Below are positions 26,888-40,387 of a DNA stretch of 64,000 bases, piece after piece; the stretch's first letter is position 1, and every line of letters begins with the position of its first letter. Where the stretch lies: positions 84,134,001 through 84,198,000 of the forward strand of contig OX597817.1 of assembly GCA_951406725.2 (NCBI GenBank), given 5' to 3'. The position numbers were made by a program, and so were the translations under genes. Under the pieces are notes generated by a model. That model worked only from the letters and a program-made list of their open reading frames with translations. It was not told where the DNA came from and made no database searches. Source of the DNA: Octopus vulgaris. Its lineage: Eukaryota.

Positions 26888-26948
26888 GATAAAACTCCGA
26901 GTTTCAGATACCGAGGTGGAAATCCACGCCGCCATCTCTTCAGTTATC
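26888..26948 (-). ncRNA. Penelope-type hammerhead motif
   Basis: Reverse complement: GATAA-CTGAAGA-GAT...ATC-T-GAAA-CTC-G-GAG-TT-TTATC; next to a long TA tract. Confidence 0.7.
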
Positions 26949-26965
26949 CTGCCATATTACATTAC

Positions 26966-27043
<78 letters not shown>

Positions 27044-27369
27044 CCTAAGCTACTTAAAGGTTTGGACCCAGAATCGGATCTATACAGCCTGAGCACATTC
27101 CCTTCAGAAACGCAACTGTTATGTGACGGTGGTGGTGGGATTCCGAACAACAACAACAGCAAACACCAATAATATCAACAACAGGTGTCAGTGTTGTTGA
27201 ATGCAGTAACAGCGACATTAATAGAAAAAATTGGTAACTGAAGTTTATGTTCAATATTCAACACCCTTATCACCCTCAAACACACTATAAGCGCCACGAC
27301 TATTTGAAAGTCACAAACTTAGCCGCAAAAATGTATTATTCATTTAAATATTAGCGTCGATGGAACTTG

Positions 27370-28010
27370 TATGGATCGTGCAATAAGGTAGTGTGTTTCA
27401 GGAGCTCGTAGTCAGGCAGTACAACTAGTGGCACGCCATGTATTGCATTCCATAATGGGTTTGTAGCATACATGATGATGTTTTCGAGAGATTAGAGAAG
27501 AATGGAGAGTAGTATCTTAAGTATGCGTGTTCGTGGACGTGATAGCAAATCGATCATTGATGTACTGAAGGAAGAGGAGGTGCACAAGATCAAACCTTCT
27601 GGCATACTTGACTTCATAAAATGGGGAACAGATAGTTCTGTCAACAGACACCATGACAGTATGTTCAGAGATGAAGCTATAAATCCAAGAGATGCGAAAC
27701 AGCTCGAGCCGGCTTTCCTTTTGGACAACTTCCAGAAGTTTTTGGCACTACATTGTTACCTGACGGCATAATTTAGCAGTCATACACTTTACAGGCAGTC
27801 CTGAACATCTGAACATAGAGTGACGAAACAATTCTGCACACTTCTCTGTCCGAACCTGACTGACTTGTGCAGTCGAATATCCGCTGTTTCATGTTGGACG
27901 GTTCTGGTTGCCAGTCGAATCTGTCTTTACAATTGCCAACCTTATTCCTTCGACAGAGAGATAATTCTCTGGTGTCTAAAGCGAAATGTTACATGGTGGG
28001 CTTGATTGAA
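27370..28010 (+). mobile_element. Possible highly decayed hAT-like transposase remnant
   Basis: TTSGTPCI-FHNGFVA resembles the TTDGAP-M-G---GFV motif; nothing else is firm. Confidence 0.3.
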
Positions 28011-29149
28011 AAACATGAGACTAGATAGTTTGCACCGCGGTCAAACTCCCATTAATGTAAAGAGAAATGTGAGGTGCAGAGAGCGTGCTCTCCTCCTGTA
28101 AATTTTACAAAAGATAGGCGACAGTTGCTATCCTACTCACACATGCGCTGTGGTCTATTTTCCTTTGTGGTAAGTATAATCCTGGAAGTGTAGAATCCTT
28201 TGACAAGCCCTTAACAGATGTTTTATACTGCTGTCTTTCGTTGCCTGATGTTTTTTTCTTTTGAAATAAGCAATTTTGCAATAATACCCACCATTCATTG
28301 TTTTGGTAAAATAATTTTGTCGTGTCCTTGTGGGGAATAAAGAAAAAAACTATTTATTAATTAGTCGTCCTAGTGGAAATTCCAGGGTTATTTTTAAATT
28401 GTAAGATGGAATTTTATGTAATTGCAGTAGCATTTGGTTCTTGAGATGGTGGTATAGAAGGTAAATTCCAAGAAATAACATCTCTGAAAGTTATATTCTT
28501 AGGTCTTCCCAGCTATTATTATTATTTTTTTAATTTTATGTCAAGAAGAAAACAATCTTATCTAAGGAACAAAATCGAAGGCGTTATCTATAATATTACT
28601 CTGATTGAGTTTATTGGAAAAGTTTTAACAAATCTTGATACGGTTATTTAAAAAAAAAACACTGAGATTGTTGGAAGTTTTAAATGTATCAGGAAATACA
28701 CTATTTTGAAATTGTGGTTTTTCCTATCCTGAGATGTTATAAAGTCCACATAGATAGAACTAAATGCGCAGTTGTAAAAGAAAACTATATGTATTGTTAT
28801 GCAATTGTAACCTCTTCTACCTTGACATTGGTTAGCTATTTATTTTATTTTCACATCAATAAGTAACCATCCATTTCTCCAAGCTATTACCGCTAACCAT
28901 TCTCCTCTTTGTTTCTCTTTGCCTTCCTCTTCAACTAATAACGTAACAACGCCACGCATTTAACCGTAGAGTGTTAATATGTAGGTATTTCATTGCTCTT
29001 TTTTCTTAACGCGTGAGATGACAGCACAACCGCATAAAGTTCTGTATTCTTTGGATAGACTACGAGTTTAGATTTGTTTTTGTGTTTCCCTATTGTGATG
29101 AAAGCGTTCTAATTTATCTGTGCACAGTACGTACAGCTACTATCATTTG

Positions 29150-29410
29150 TATGTTGTAGATATGTAAAAGTCTTCCTCTTAGGGAAATGTATTTATTTAT
29201 AAGATTCCTTATCATTTTTTAGATTTTCGAGACATTTATTAAAGTTTGTTTCTGCTTTTAATCATTATATTTTGGTTATCTCTGTCTCCAGATATTTATC
29301 TTTCGACAAGTTATTCATTTTGATGCAACGATATAACACCTTTTGTGGAAGTGATATATCTATTAGAAGACATTTCTCTTTCTCCTTTGGAAAAGCAATC
29401 ATAACTGCCT
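29150..29410 (-). mobile_element. Decayed Dong endonuclease-region fragment
   Basis: KEKEKCLLIDISLP...LSKDKYLETEITKI. Confidence 0.6.
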
Positions 29411-29482
29411 GAGTTTCCCATAGCCTCAATTCAACATGCGCGCGCAAACACACACGCACGCACACACACACGCACGCGCACG

Positions 29483-29525
<43 letters not shown>

Positions 29526-29639
29526 ACACACACTCACACTCAAACATTCGTTTTTTTTTGGCAGCTAGAAATAATATAGCTGATAGCTAGTTAATCATCT
29601 CCAAAAATTCTGCAGTTGTATTTTGCATGATATAATTGT

Positions 29640-29838
29640 CTTAAATTTTGGTTCAAGACCTCCAATTATCAGGGAAGGAATTCATCAGTACTTGGCTGGT
29701 ATTTTATTTTATCGATCTCGAAAGGATGAAAAGTAAATTTAACCTTTGCGGCATTTGAATTCAGAACACCTACAGAGCCGGAGAAAATACTGCTAAGCAT
29801 TTTCTCCTAGGTGCTCATGATTCTTCAAGACTGCTGCC

Positions 29839-29840
<2 letters not shown>
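29640..29840 (-). mobile_element. SINE family 2 copy
   Basis: TTTATCGATCTCGAAAGGATGAAAAG core on the reverse strand. Confidence 0.7.
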
Positions 29841-29909
<69 letters not shown>

Positions 29910-29931
29910 AAGAAGAAGAATAGTAATTATA

Positions 29932-30335
29932 GGCGCAAGAGTGGCTGTGTGGTAAGTAGCTTGCTTACCAACCACATGGTTCCGGGTTCATTCTCACTGC
30001 GTGGCACCTTGGGCAAGTGTCTTCTGCTATAGTCTCGGGCCGACCAAAGCCTTGTGAGTGGATTTGGTAGACAGAAACTGAAAGAAGCTCGTCGTATATA
30101 TGTATGTATATATGTATGTGTGTGTATATGTTTGTGTGTCTGTGTTTGTCCCTCCAACATCGCTTGACAACCGATGGTGGTGTGTTTACGTCCCCGTAAC
30201 TTAGCGGTTCGGCAAAAGTGACCGATAGAATAAGTACTAGGTTTCTAAAGAATAAGTTCTGAAGGCGATTTGCTCGACTAAAGGCGGTGCTCCAGCATGG
30301 TCGCAGTCAAATAACTGAAACAAGTAAAAGAGTAA
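29932..30335 (+). mobile_element. Full-length SINE family 1 (tRNA-like head, CORE-like CCTTGGGCAAG, internal TA/TG tract, LINE-like tail)
   Basis: A-box-like TGGCTGTGTGG and B-box-like GGTTCA; near-copy at 62808-63207. Confidence 0.9.
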
Positions 30336-30346
30336 ATAATAATAAC

Positions 30347-30765
30347 AATCCATAGTGATAGACAAATAAATGCCAATAGACCTCATATTATTATCAAAGA
30401 TCGTCGACAAAGTGTCTGCTATCTAATATATAAGACAGTACCAGCAGATAGGAATAGCTCAATTAAAGAATTCGAAAAATTAGTTAAATAAAAGGATCTA
30501 GAGATAGAAATCAGCAGAATGTGGAAACCGAAAACATTTACTCTACCAGTTATAGTAGGAGCACTAAGCATGGTTAAAAAGTGATCTTCAATCTTCATTT
30601 ATAAAATATCTGGGAAATCAAATATACAGGATGTTCAAAAGATTGCACTAACCTCAACACCCCATTCTTTGAGAAAATTCGTAACGTTATAACACAGTTA
30701 CTAGCCTTAGGGCTCAGGTAGAAACTCGGCTAGTAACTAAAATGCCCCGAAATCACGCTAAAATT
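30347..30765 (+). mobile_element. Dong family E 3' end (endonuclease and UTR)
   Basis: IHSDRQINANRP-IIIKD...KDLEIEISRMW...PVIVGAL...VQKIALTST; followed by a TAA tract. A shorter related piece lies at 31005-31165. Confidence 0.85.
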
Positions 30766-31005
<240 letters not shown>

Positions 31006-31418
31006 CCATACTGACAGGCAGGTAAATGTCAATAGATCTGATTTTGTTATTAAAGATCATCGACAAAATGCCTACTATCTAATAAATTTGACCGTACCAG
31101 CTAAGTTAAAAAGTTCGAAAAATTTGTTAAATAAAAGGACCTAGAGATGGAAATAGTGGAATGGAAACTGGCTGCTTTTTATTGACTGCATAGAAAATGG
31201 AACATCAACAAGGATGACAAAAGAAGGACAGGGCTCACACAGAAGGACAAAGAAAGGCGAGGGGAAGTTAGCAATTATAGACTTATTAATTGTTGAGTAT
31301 AACTCTGGAAATTATTAGAGGTGTATAATTTTCTGGAAGAGGAGAGCCTACTGACAGAAGACCCAAAAGAATGTTGGCAGTAATCAAGAGGAACTATTGG
31401 TCTGCTTTTCATAGACAG

Positions 31419-31640
31419 TAAAATATTGATTTCAAATTTTGGCACAAGGTGAGCATTTTTTGGAAGGAATTAAGTCGATTGCCTCGATCCCAGGGTTCAA
31501 TTAGTACTTATTTTATCGATCCTGATGAGATGAAAAACAAAGTCGATCCCGGTGGCATTTGAACTCAGAACGTGAAAATAGACTAAACGCCACTAAGCAT
31601 TTTTTCCGGTGTTCTAACGATTCTACCAGCTCGTTGCTCT
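31419..31640 (-). mobile_element. SINE family 2 inserted in Dong G
   Basis: Family match; TSD TAGACAG at 31412-31418 and 31641-31647. Confidence 0.85.
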
Positions 31641-32162
31641 TAGACAGCATTAAATGAGGTACGACTAAGGAGGAAGAATCTAGCTATTAGATGGATTGAT
31701 TACAGGAAGGCCTACGACAGTGCCCTACACAGCTGATTCTTGAAATGTCTGGGGACGCTTGGAGTCAATGAGAAGATAAGCAACTTCTTGGAGAAAGTAA
31801 TGAGAGAAGTGCAAATGAACTGCTAGGTAACGTGAAAATATGCAAGGGCGTTTTCCAAGAAACTCGCTCTCTCCGTTAATGTTCGTCATTGCGCTAATCT
31901 TTCTGACAAATATTCTGAGAAAATCCGGGCCTGCGTCCCATGAGTTTTTCAAAACCAAAATAAAAATAAATCACCTACTTTATATGGATGATCTCAAGTA
32001 TATACTAAAAATGAGACAAACCTGAATTCTCAAATCCAGACAGTGAGAATATTCAATAAAGACACTGGAATGCAATTTAGAGCAGATAAGTGTGCAGTCA
32101 GTACAAACTATGAAGAGAGGCCGGAAGATAAACTCTGATGGCGTAAAATTAAGGCACTGCCT

Positions 32163-32505
<343 letters not shown>

Positions 32506-33051
32506 GAGGAAGAGAGGAGGAGGAGGATAATGAGTTCAACGAGATAATGGAAGAGGAAATAAAAGAGCAACTGAGGATGGGGTATCTCCGAAGACTCAGG
32601 TTGGTGATGCGCTCAAAATTGACTGGATGGAATAAAATCCAAGCAGTTAATACGAGGGCGATAACATCATTTCGATTTGGAGCGAGAATTACAAAATGGC
32701 AAAAGCGAGAAATGAAGACAATGGATACCAAGACCAGAAAACTTTTGACAGTACACGGAGCCTTCCACCCTAAGTTTGACACCGATAGGCTGTACTTGTC
32801 CAGAAGAAAGGGTCGGAGGGGTTTGATCAGTTGCCATAGGAAAACAGACTACTATGATCAGAAATGAACAAATGAACAAAAAAAAAGCATAGAAGGTAAA
32901 GGAAATATACGGTCAGTTTGCAAGAGATGTGAACGCCAAGACAGATACAGAGGATCGATGGCTATGGATAAGGAGAAGTGACCTCTTGCTGGCTGCGGAC
33001 AGCTGACACTTTCCATCACACCCAACAAAATAAGCAGTGAGTTTTTATCGC

Positions 33052-33114
<63 letters not shown>

Positions 33115-33116
<2 letters not shown>

Positions 33117-33595
33117 CGTATCTGTCAAGACCTACCAAAAACTGAGCAAATATAAAGATCTTGAAATAGAAATCAGCAAAATGTGGAAGCTGAAGACTAA
33201 AACAATACCTGTTGTCATAGGTGCCCTGGGAATGATAGCGAAAGGGACTAATTACTACCTAACTCAGATACCAGGAAACCTCAAAATGGCAGAAATTCAA
33301 AAGATAGTGCTCATGGGAACTGCTCATATCCTTCGCAAAATACTCTCTATGTAATCCCAAGGTTTAAAACAAACTTTTTAAAATTTATTTATTTATTTAT
33401 TTATTTTATTATTTATTTTATTTATTTTTTTTTTTTTTTTAATTTTATTTTTATGTATTAGACATTCACTAGTACAACACCAAAAAAATAAAACCCAAAT
33501 ATATGGCACAGAACTTCCAACCTGTTGTCTCTTGAGGTCTCTGGGTGAGACTTGGAGCCAACTTGTACAGACGTAAAGCAAAAGTCAAACATAGA
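33115..33595 (+). mobile_element. Dong family C 3' end
   Basis: KLSKYKDLEIEISKMW...PVVIGALG...QKIVLMGTAHILRKILSM*; TAA tracts on both sides. Confidence 0.9.
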
Positions 33596-33599
33596 ATAA

Positions 33600-33643
<44 letters not shown>

Positions 33644-34193
33644 GTCCTGATGCAGTGCCAGGCTGTGACTCTCATGGCTTCTGAGCTTAACTGACTGGAA
33701 GTGTTATCATGTACATTGTTTTGACTTGGTATAGAAGATGGGCTACAGCAAATATTCTGCCCAATATCACAGATTTGTTTGTCAGTTGTTTGACCTTAAA
33801 CAGTTGAGCATATCCCTTAGTGGTTGACGATATGTGCATCTCTGATCACGAGTAGAAGTAGTGGGGGAGCATCATAGCCGTTTGTTGAGAGAAATTTTGT
33901 GTGGTTTGGATAATTCACCTTTGGAAGCATGGGCGTTTTGTTAATCATCCTTAAACAACCCGTATTCAGGGACCTTTTGAGCAGGATGGGCTACACGACC
34001 TGAAGAAAATTCTAATTCCCACCTGCAAGGTCATGTGCTGTTTATCTTGATATGAGGTCACTATGTTGCGCACACATGGTTGTGGTGCATGTGCCTAGTG
34101 TACCCTTATCAGACGGGTAGTCATGATGGGTATACTGGGCTTCGTATATTTTACCCCAGTGTCACTTTGATGGCATGCACTGCTCTCTCGCTC
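33644..34193 (+). mobile_element. ~553-nt element, copy 2 (most diverged)
   Basis: Reverse complement of the other copies; AAT flanks. Confidence 0.9.
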
Positions 34194-34209
34194 AATGATA
34201 ATAATAATA

Positions 34210-34541
34210 ATCTTCTCTACTAATGGCACAAAGCCTGAAATCCTGGGAGGGAGCTAGTTGATTACATCGACCCCGGTACATAACTGGTACTTACTTCATG
34301 GACCCCGAAAGGATGAAAGGTACTAAGCATTTTGCTCGGACGAAATGGCGCTAAGCATTTTCCCCGGAGTGCTAAAGACTGTCGGTTTGCGGATTTAATA
34401 ATACTGATAATAATAATGGCTTCAAATTTTGCCACAAGGGCAACCATTTTGTGGAAGAGGATGAGTCGTTTACATGGATCCTGGTGAATCACTGGTACTT
34501 AATTCATCGATCCCGAATAATAATGATAGTAGTAGTAGTAG

Positions 34542-34572
<31 letters not shown>

Positions 34573-34624
34573 AGTAGTAGTAGTAGTAGTAGTAGTAGTT
34601 GTTGTTGTTGTTGTTGTTGTTGTT

Positions 34625-34668
<44 letters not shown>

Positions 34669-35286
34669 CCTTTCTGCTATGGGCACAAGGCCTGAAATTT
34701 GGAAGGTTAGGATTCAAGCGTGACTTTATCGACACTGAAATGATAAAAGGCAAAGTCGATCTCGGCATAATTTGAACTCTGAGAAAGAAATGCTACTAAG
34801 CAGATTTTGACTCAAGTCCAGTAATTTTCAGGGGAGGAGAAAAGCCAATCAAATCGACTCCAGTACCTGAATTGTACTTTATTTTATCTACCCCGCAAAA
34901 ATGAAAAGCGAAGATAACCTCAGATGTTTTGAACGCAGAACAGAGAGAGAGAGAGAGAGGGGGAGAGAGAGAGAGAGAGAGAGAGAGAGGGGGAGAGAGA
35001 GAGAGGGAGAGAGAGAGAGCAAGAAATACTGCTAAATACTTTTGTCTACCGAACCAATGATTCCACCCATTTGCTACTTTATTCTGCATAATAGCTAACA
35101 ATTTCGGAAGAGGGAAAAATTTGATTACATCGACCCCAGTGTTCAACTGGCACTTATTTTATCGACCCTGAACAAATGAAAGACTAAGTAGATACCGGCT
35201 GCATTTGACCTCGCAACGTAAAGTCGGAAGAAATGCCGCTAAGCATTTCGTCCGGTGCGGTAACAATTCTGCCAGTTCGCCACCTT
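34210..35286 (-). mobile_element. Cluster of about five SINE family 2 copies and fragments separated by simple repeats
   Basis: Repeated GGTACTT...ATCGACCCC, GAAAGGATGAAAGG and GCTAAGCATTT segments. Confidence 0.8.
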
Positions 35287-35874
35287 TTTCTTCATAATAT
35301 AAGGAAATACTATTTCATTATATTTTTGTGGTGGAAAGTGTTGGTCTTAAACTGAACTGAAATACCCTTCAGTTTCAGGAATTCTCAATTGATCAAGTTC
35401 TTTCCTTATTTTTTCTCTAATGACTACCGCTGTCATACCAACCACTGGCTATGCCAATGATTTTCCTGTCAATATCTGAGCATGACATTTTATATATTAT
35501 TAACAATTTAGTTGTTGACTTTTAAATACTTTCATTTATTGTCTCAACCTCGCCTTGCAGTTGTACGCTTACTCAGCTTTTACTTTATATCTCTTGGTTC
35601 CCTTGAAGAGAGGTAACTGGTTTTGTTATAATGTCGTTCATTAAATTCTTATAAATTTTCTTTTCTACTTTTCTTTTCAAAATATTTTCATCGTCTTGCA
35701 GTTAAATTTTTCTTTTCTTTTTCTTTTTTTTTTTTTTCTCTTTTTTGCTTTATTGTTCTAGTTGTAGATGAAGTTAATATTTTTCTGTATCGTATTTTGA
35801 GCGCCGTATTCTAAATACAATTATTATTTTTCTTGCTTTCATTTATCGCCATTGTAATTCACTTAGTTTTCTAG

Positions 35875-36320
35875 CGTGAAAAATTCCAGCTTTATTTTGC
35901 TAGGTATGATGGAAAATGTCAGCTGTCCACAGCCAGCAGACTAAAGTGGCATGTGTTTACTGATTATGCGTCAAGAACACTGCAAATACTCTTGTAATTC
36001 CAAGCAATGATGATTTTTGTAGGTGTTCTAACATTACATTCGTTCCAATCTTTTTGACCCATATTGGTAGTTGGTACTGCTATCACATCTTCCTTCATTG
36101 CCCATAACCTGCGTATTTCCCACCTCAATTCATCATATTTGTTCCCTTTATCTTCTTTCTTTTCAACCCTGTTGTCACCAGGACATGCTAGGTCAATTAT
36201 CAAGTATGTTTTTCTTCTGGAATTTGGTCATACCACGTCTTTGATCTTTCTAGGTAATAAGAACGGATCATTCTTGCCACATTGTCATATCGCCTTTTGA
36301 ATTCACGTTGTGCCAAATTA
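35875..36320 (-). mobile_element. Dong family G 3' end
   Basis: IIDLACPGDNRVEKKE...KYDELRWEIRRLW; UTR TGCTGGCTGTGGACAGCTGAC is shared with 32986-33050. Confidence 0.8.
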
Positions 36321-36586
36321 GGGCACTCACTACCCATGTGCCACACTGTTTTATCCTCTCACCACACAATCTGAATTTTTCGTTCTTGGTGGTTTTGTCC
36401 ATTCGGCACTTCAGATAGTTTGTCCTTAATACTTGCTTTTTTTGAGCCGCATTACTACTATTTCTACTTTCAAATCACTTCACCTACTTTCTGCATCTAT
36501 CTTTGCAAAACTGACCGTGAATTTTTTTTCTCCATGCCATTTCTTTATTATTGTTATTATTATTATCATCATCATCATCATCATCA

Positions 36587-36656
<70 letters not shown>

Positions 36657-36675
36657 CATTATTATTATTATTATT

Positions 36676-37521
<846 letters not shown>

Positions 37522-37550
37522 TTTATTTATTTATTTATTTATCATAATCA

Positions 37551-37620
<70 letters not shown>

Positions 37621-37985
37621 GTTTCCATTTCATGTCAAATCTCTTCCTAACATCTAAGGCAGAGAAACACACTGTATACAGTGGAAAGCCATTAAAATAA
37701 ACACGCCAGATTGTTCATTTACTATTTGATATGATAAAGAAAAAGGAGGGAAAAGGATAGTGAAAAAACGGAAAAAATGAAAAATTAAAAAGTAAACAAA
37801 GAAAATAAAAGGAAAGGAAATTCACGGCGACAATGCTGTTCTCAGTACATGTGACATACCAGTTAAGGCATTCTTTTGCACTTCCTGCATGGATGGTAAG
37901 CCAGGAATCATTCTTAACTAATATTCAGTTCCTTTTTTTTTATCACTCCAAGTGCTCCTACAATTACAGGTATTGTAACCGTAAA
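37621..37985 (-). mobile_element. Diverged family A-like Dong 3' end
   Basis: VTIPVIVGALGVIKK...MIPGLPSMQEVQK-ALTG-SHVLRTALS. Confidence 0.8.
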
Positions 37986-38469
37986 TGGGCCATTGACAGT
38001 ATGCATACGTTACGTATGATACATGGATGACTATTTTAACTAAATACTGTCTTAATTATGTATACCAAAGTTTTGATCTTTTTAATAATGTCTAGAAAGT
38101 TAATGCTAGTCTGGTAGAAATATTTTTATGTTCTTTAAGAAATGCAAGTGAAAATTTAGGTAAATTATGGATAGTGATGCCAATAAATAAAAACTAAGAC
38201 AAGATACAATATTATCCTACATAGCATGTTTAATGCTGCTTTTATATTTTAGGAAAGCTTCTTCTTATCAAATGGAAGAGAGAAAATAATCTGAGATTTC
38301 TTGAAATGTGATAGAAGCTTTAACAACAATCTATGTAGGCTAATGCAATATGTCGTCTTTGTGTCTTTTTACTGGTAAATTACCTTCATAAAGGCTTTTC
38401 TTTTAACTATATACATCAATTACACAATATACTATCTCTAGAAAATTACAGTACTGTATTTGTGTTTAG

Positions 38470-38810
38470 AAAAGTTATGCTAATCTATTCTATTATATAG
38501 AAGATATTCACGTTAATCTAATTAATCTATCTAGAACATTTAGGTTAACCTCTTTAATTTCTGTTTTTTAAAAACTCTTTAAAATGTTTCAGCTTTAAAG
38601 CTGCAGTTATCTTGGGGGAATTTATGTTAATCTGATTAATCATGTTTAGAACATTTATGTTAATCTGATTAATCAAATTTAGAACATTTATGTCAGTCTA
38701 ATTGAAATGCTTCGAAAATGTATGTTAATCTAATTAATCTGTCTATAACATTTATGTTAATATATTTAATTACGTCTAGAAAATTCATGTTAATCAATTT
38801 ATGTCTAGTT
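38470..38810. repeat. Degenerate ~30-bp minisatellite (ATTTATGTTAATCTGATTAATC...TAGAAC)
   Basis: TATGTTAAT and TAGAA recur at about 30-bp spacing. Confidence 0.75.
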
Positions 38811-39502
38811 CCCTAGAAATTTTGAGAATCGCCATCGTGAACAAATCTTTAGTTTTCTAATTGTTGAAGTAAATATCATAAGTAAACCTGAAACAAAGGA
38901 ACAATAAATTCAATGACGTGAATATCAGTATATATGTATCTGTGTGTGTGTATGTGTGTGTATTATTGCGTTTTATAGCAGTAATTACAAATAGAACAGG
39001 TTGAATTGCTTCTTTCCAAGGCAGCGCTCTCAGTGGTGACTAGTAGTAGTAAACACATTTGACCTCTGCTGACCCAAAGGGTGCGAAGATTCCTTTGTCT
39101 CTATGGCTGACCCCACCATCTGCCGAATCTATTTAGAGACCTGTAGAATATGATCTATTCACCAAGCTGCTACAAAACTGGTTCCATCAACATCCACATA
39201 TTTATGACTATGAAAAGTACAAGACAAAAGTTCAAAATAAAGAACATTTAGTAAAATCGTTTAATAATAAATGGAAATAGTAATGACGATGAAAACAACG
39301 GTAACGGTGGTGATGGTGATACTGATAAAAATAATAATATTAATAATAATATGCTGCAGCTGCTTATGCTACAGATACTACTATTATGATAGCACAGGAA
39401 TATAAAGCCCAACTACCACTCTTACCACAACCCCACCCCTGCTACTGTTGCTGCAACCACTGCTGCTACTACACATGAAAACAATAATATCAGTGACATC
39501 AG

Positions 39503-39551
<49 letters not shown>

Positions 39552-40307
39552 AGCAGAGACAGAGGGATTTTTAATTGCAGCACAAGACCAAAGCCTCCCC
39601 ACCAGAAATTACAAAAAACATATAATGAAAAGAAACAGAACAAGTAAATGCAGAATATGTGGAGATGGACAAGAAACAATAAATCATATTATCACTGGCT
39701 GCCCAGTCCTGGTTAAGAAGGAATATATTCACAGACACGACAGAGTTGGGACCTACATACACTGGAATCTATGCCAACATTATGGAATAACAACAGAAAA
39801 AAGATGGTATAGGCACACACCAGAAAAGGTCACAGAAAACTAGAAAGCAACCATACTCTGGGATATACCAATACACACAGATAGAAAATTAAGGCCAACA
39901 GACCAGATATAGTTGTCAGAAACCATGAAGAAAAAAATACTTTCTAATTGATGTATCGATACCAACAGATGACAGCGTGTCTCTAAAAGAAATGGAGAAA
40001 CTTTCAAAATACAAAGACCTAGAAATAGAGGTAATTCGAATGTAGAATCTAAAAACAGAAACAATTCCTATCATAGTAGGCGCATTAGGTATGATAAAAA
40101 ATATTCAGACAAATACATAACGAAAACACCAGGACTTACAAACATATAACATACAGAAAATTGCACTACTGAGCACTGCACACATCCTACGCAAAGCACT
40201 TTCAATACAGTAACCATCAGAGCATCAAAACAAACCACAGCACATATCCAAGGCACACAGAGCTGCGCTCGGTAGTGAAGTGAAAGCACGCTATAAAAAT
40301 AAAACTA

Positions 40308-40310
<3 letters not shown>
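39552..40310 (+). mobile_element. Dong family B 3' part
   Basis: AETEGFLIAAQDQ, CRICG-GQETINHII-GC and RHDRV; homologous to 58720-59470; (TGA)n upstream and (TAA)n downstream. Confidence 0.92.

Positions 40311-40385
<75 letters not shown>

Positions 40386-40387
<2 letters not shown>

Noticed and set aside
29932-30010. tRNA-like sequence here and at 52021-52110
   Set aside because: These are SINE heads with A/B boxes, not complete cloverleaf tRNA genes.
31522-31540. CTGATGAG...GAAA word
   Set aside because: It is a mutated SINE 2 core with no supporting stems.
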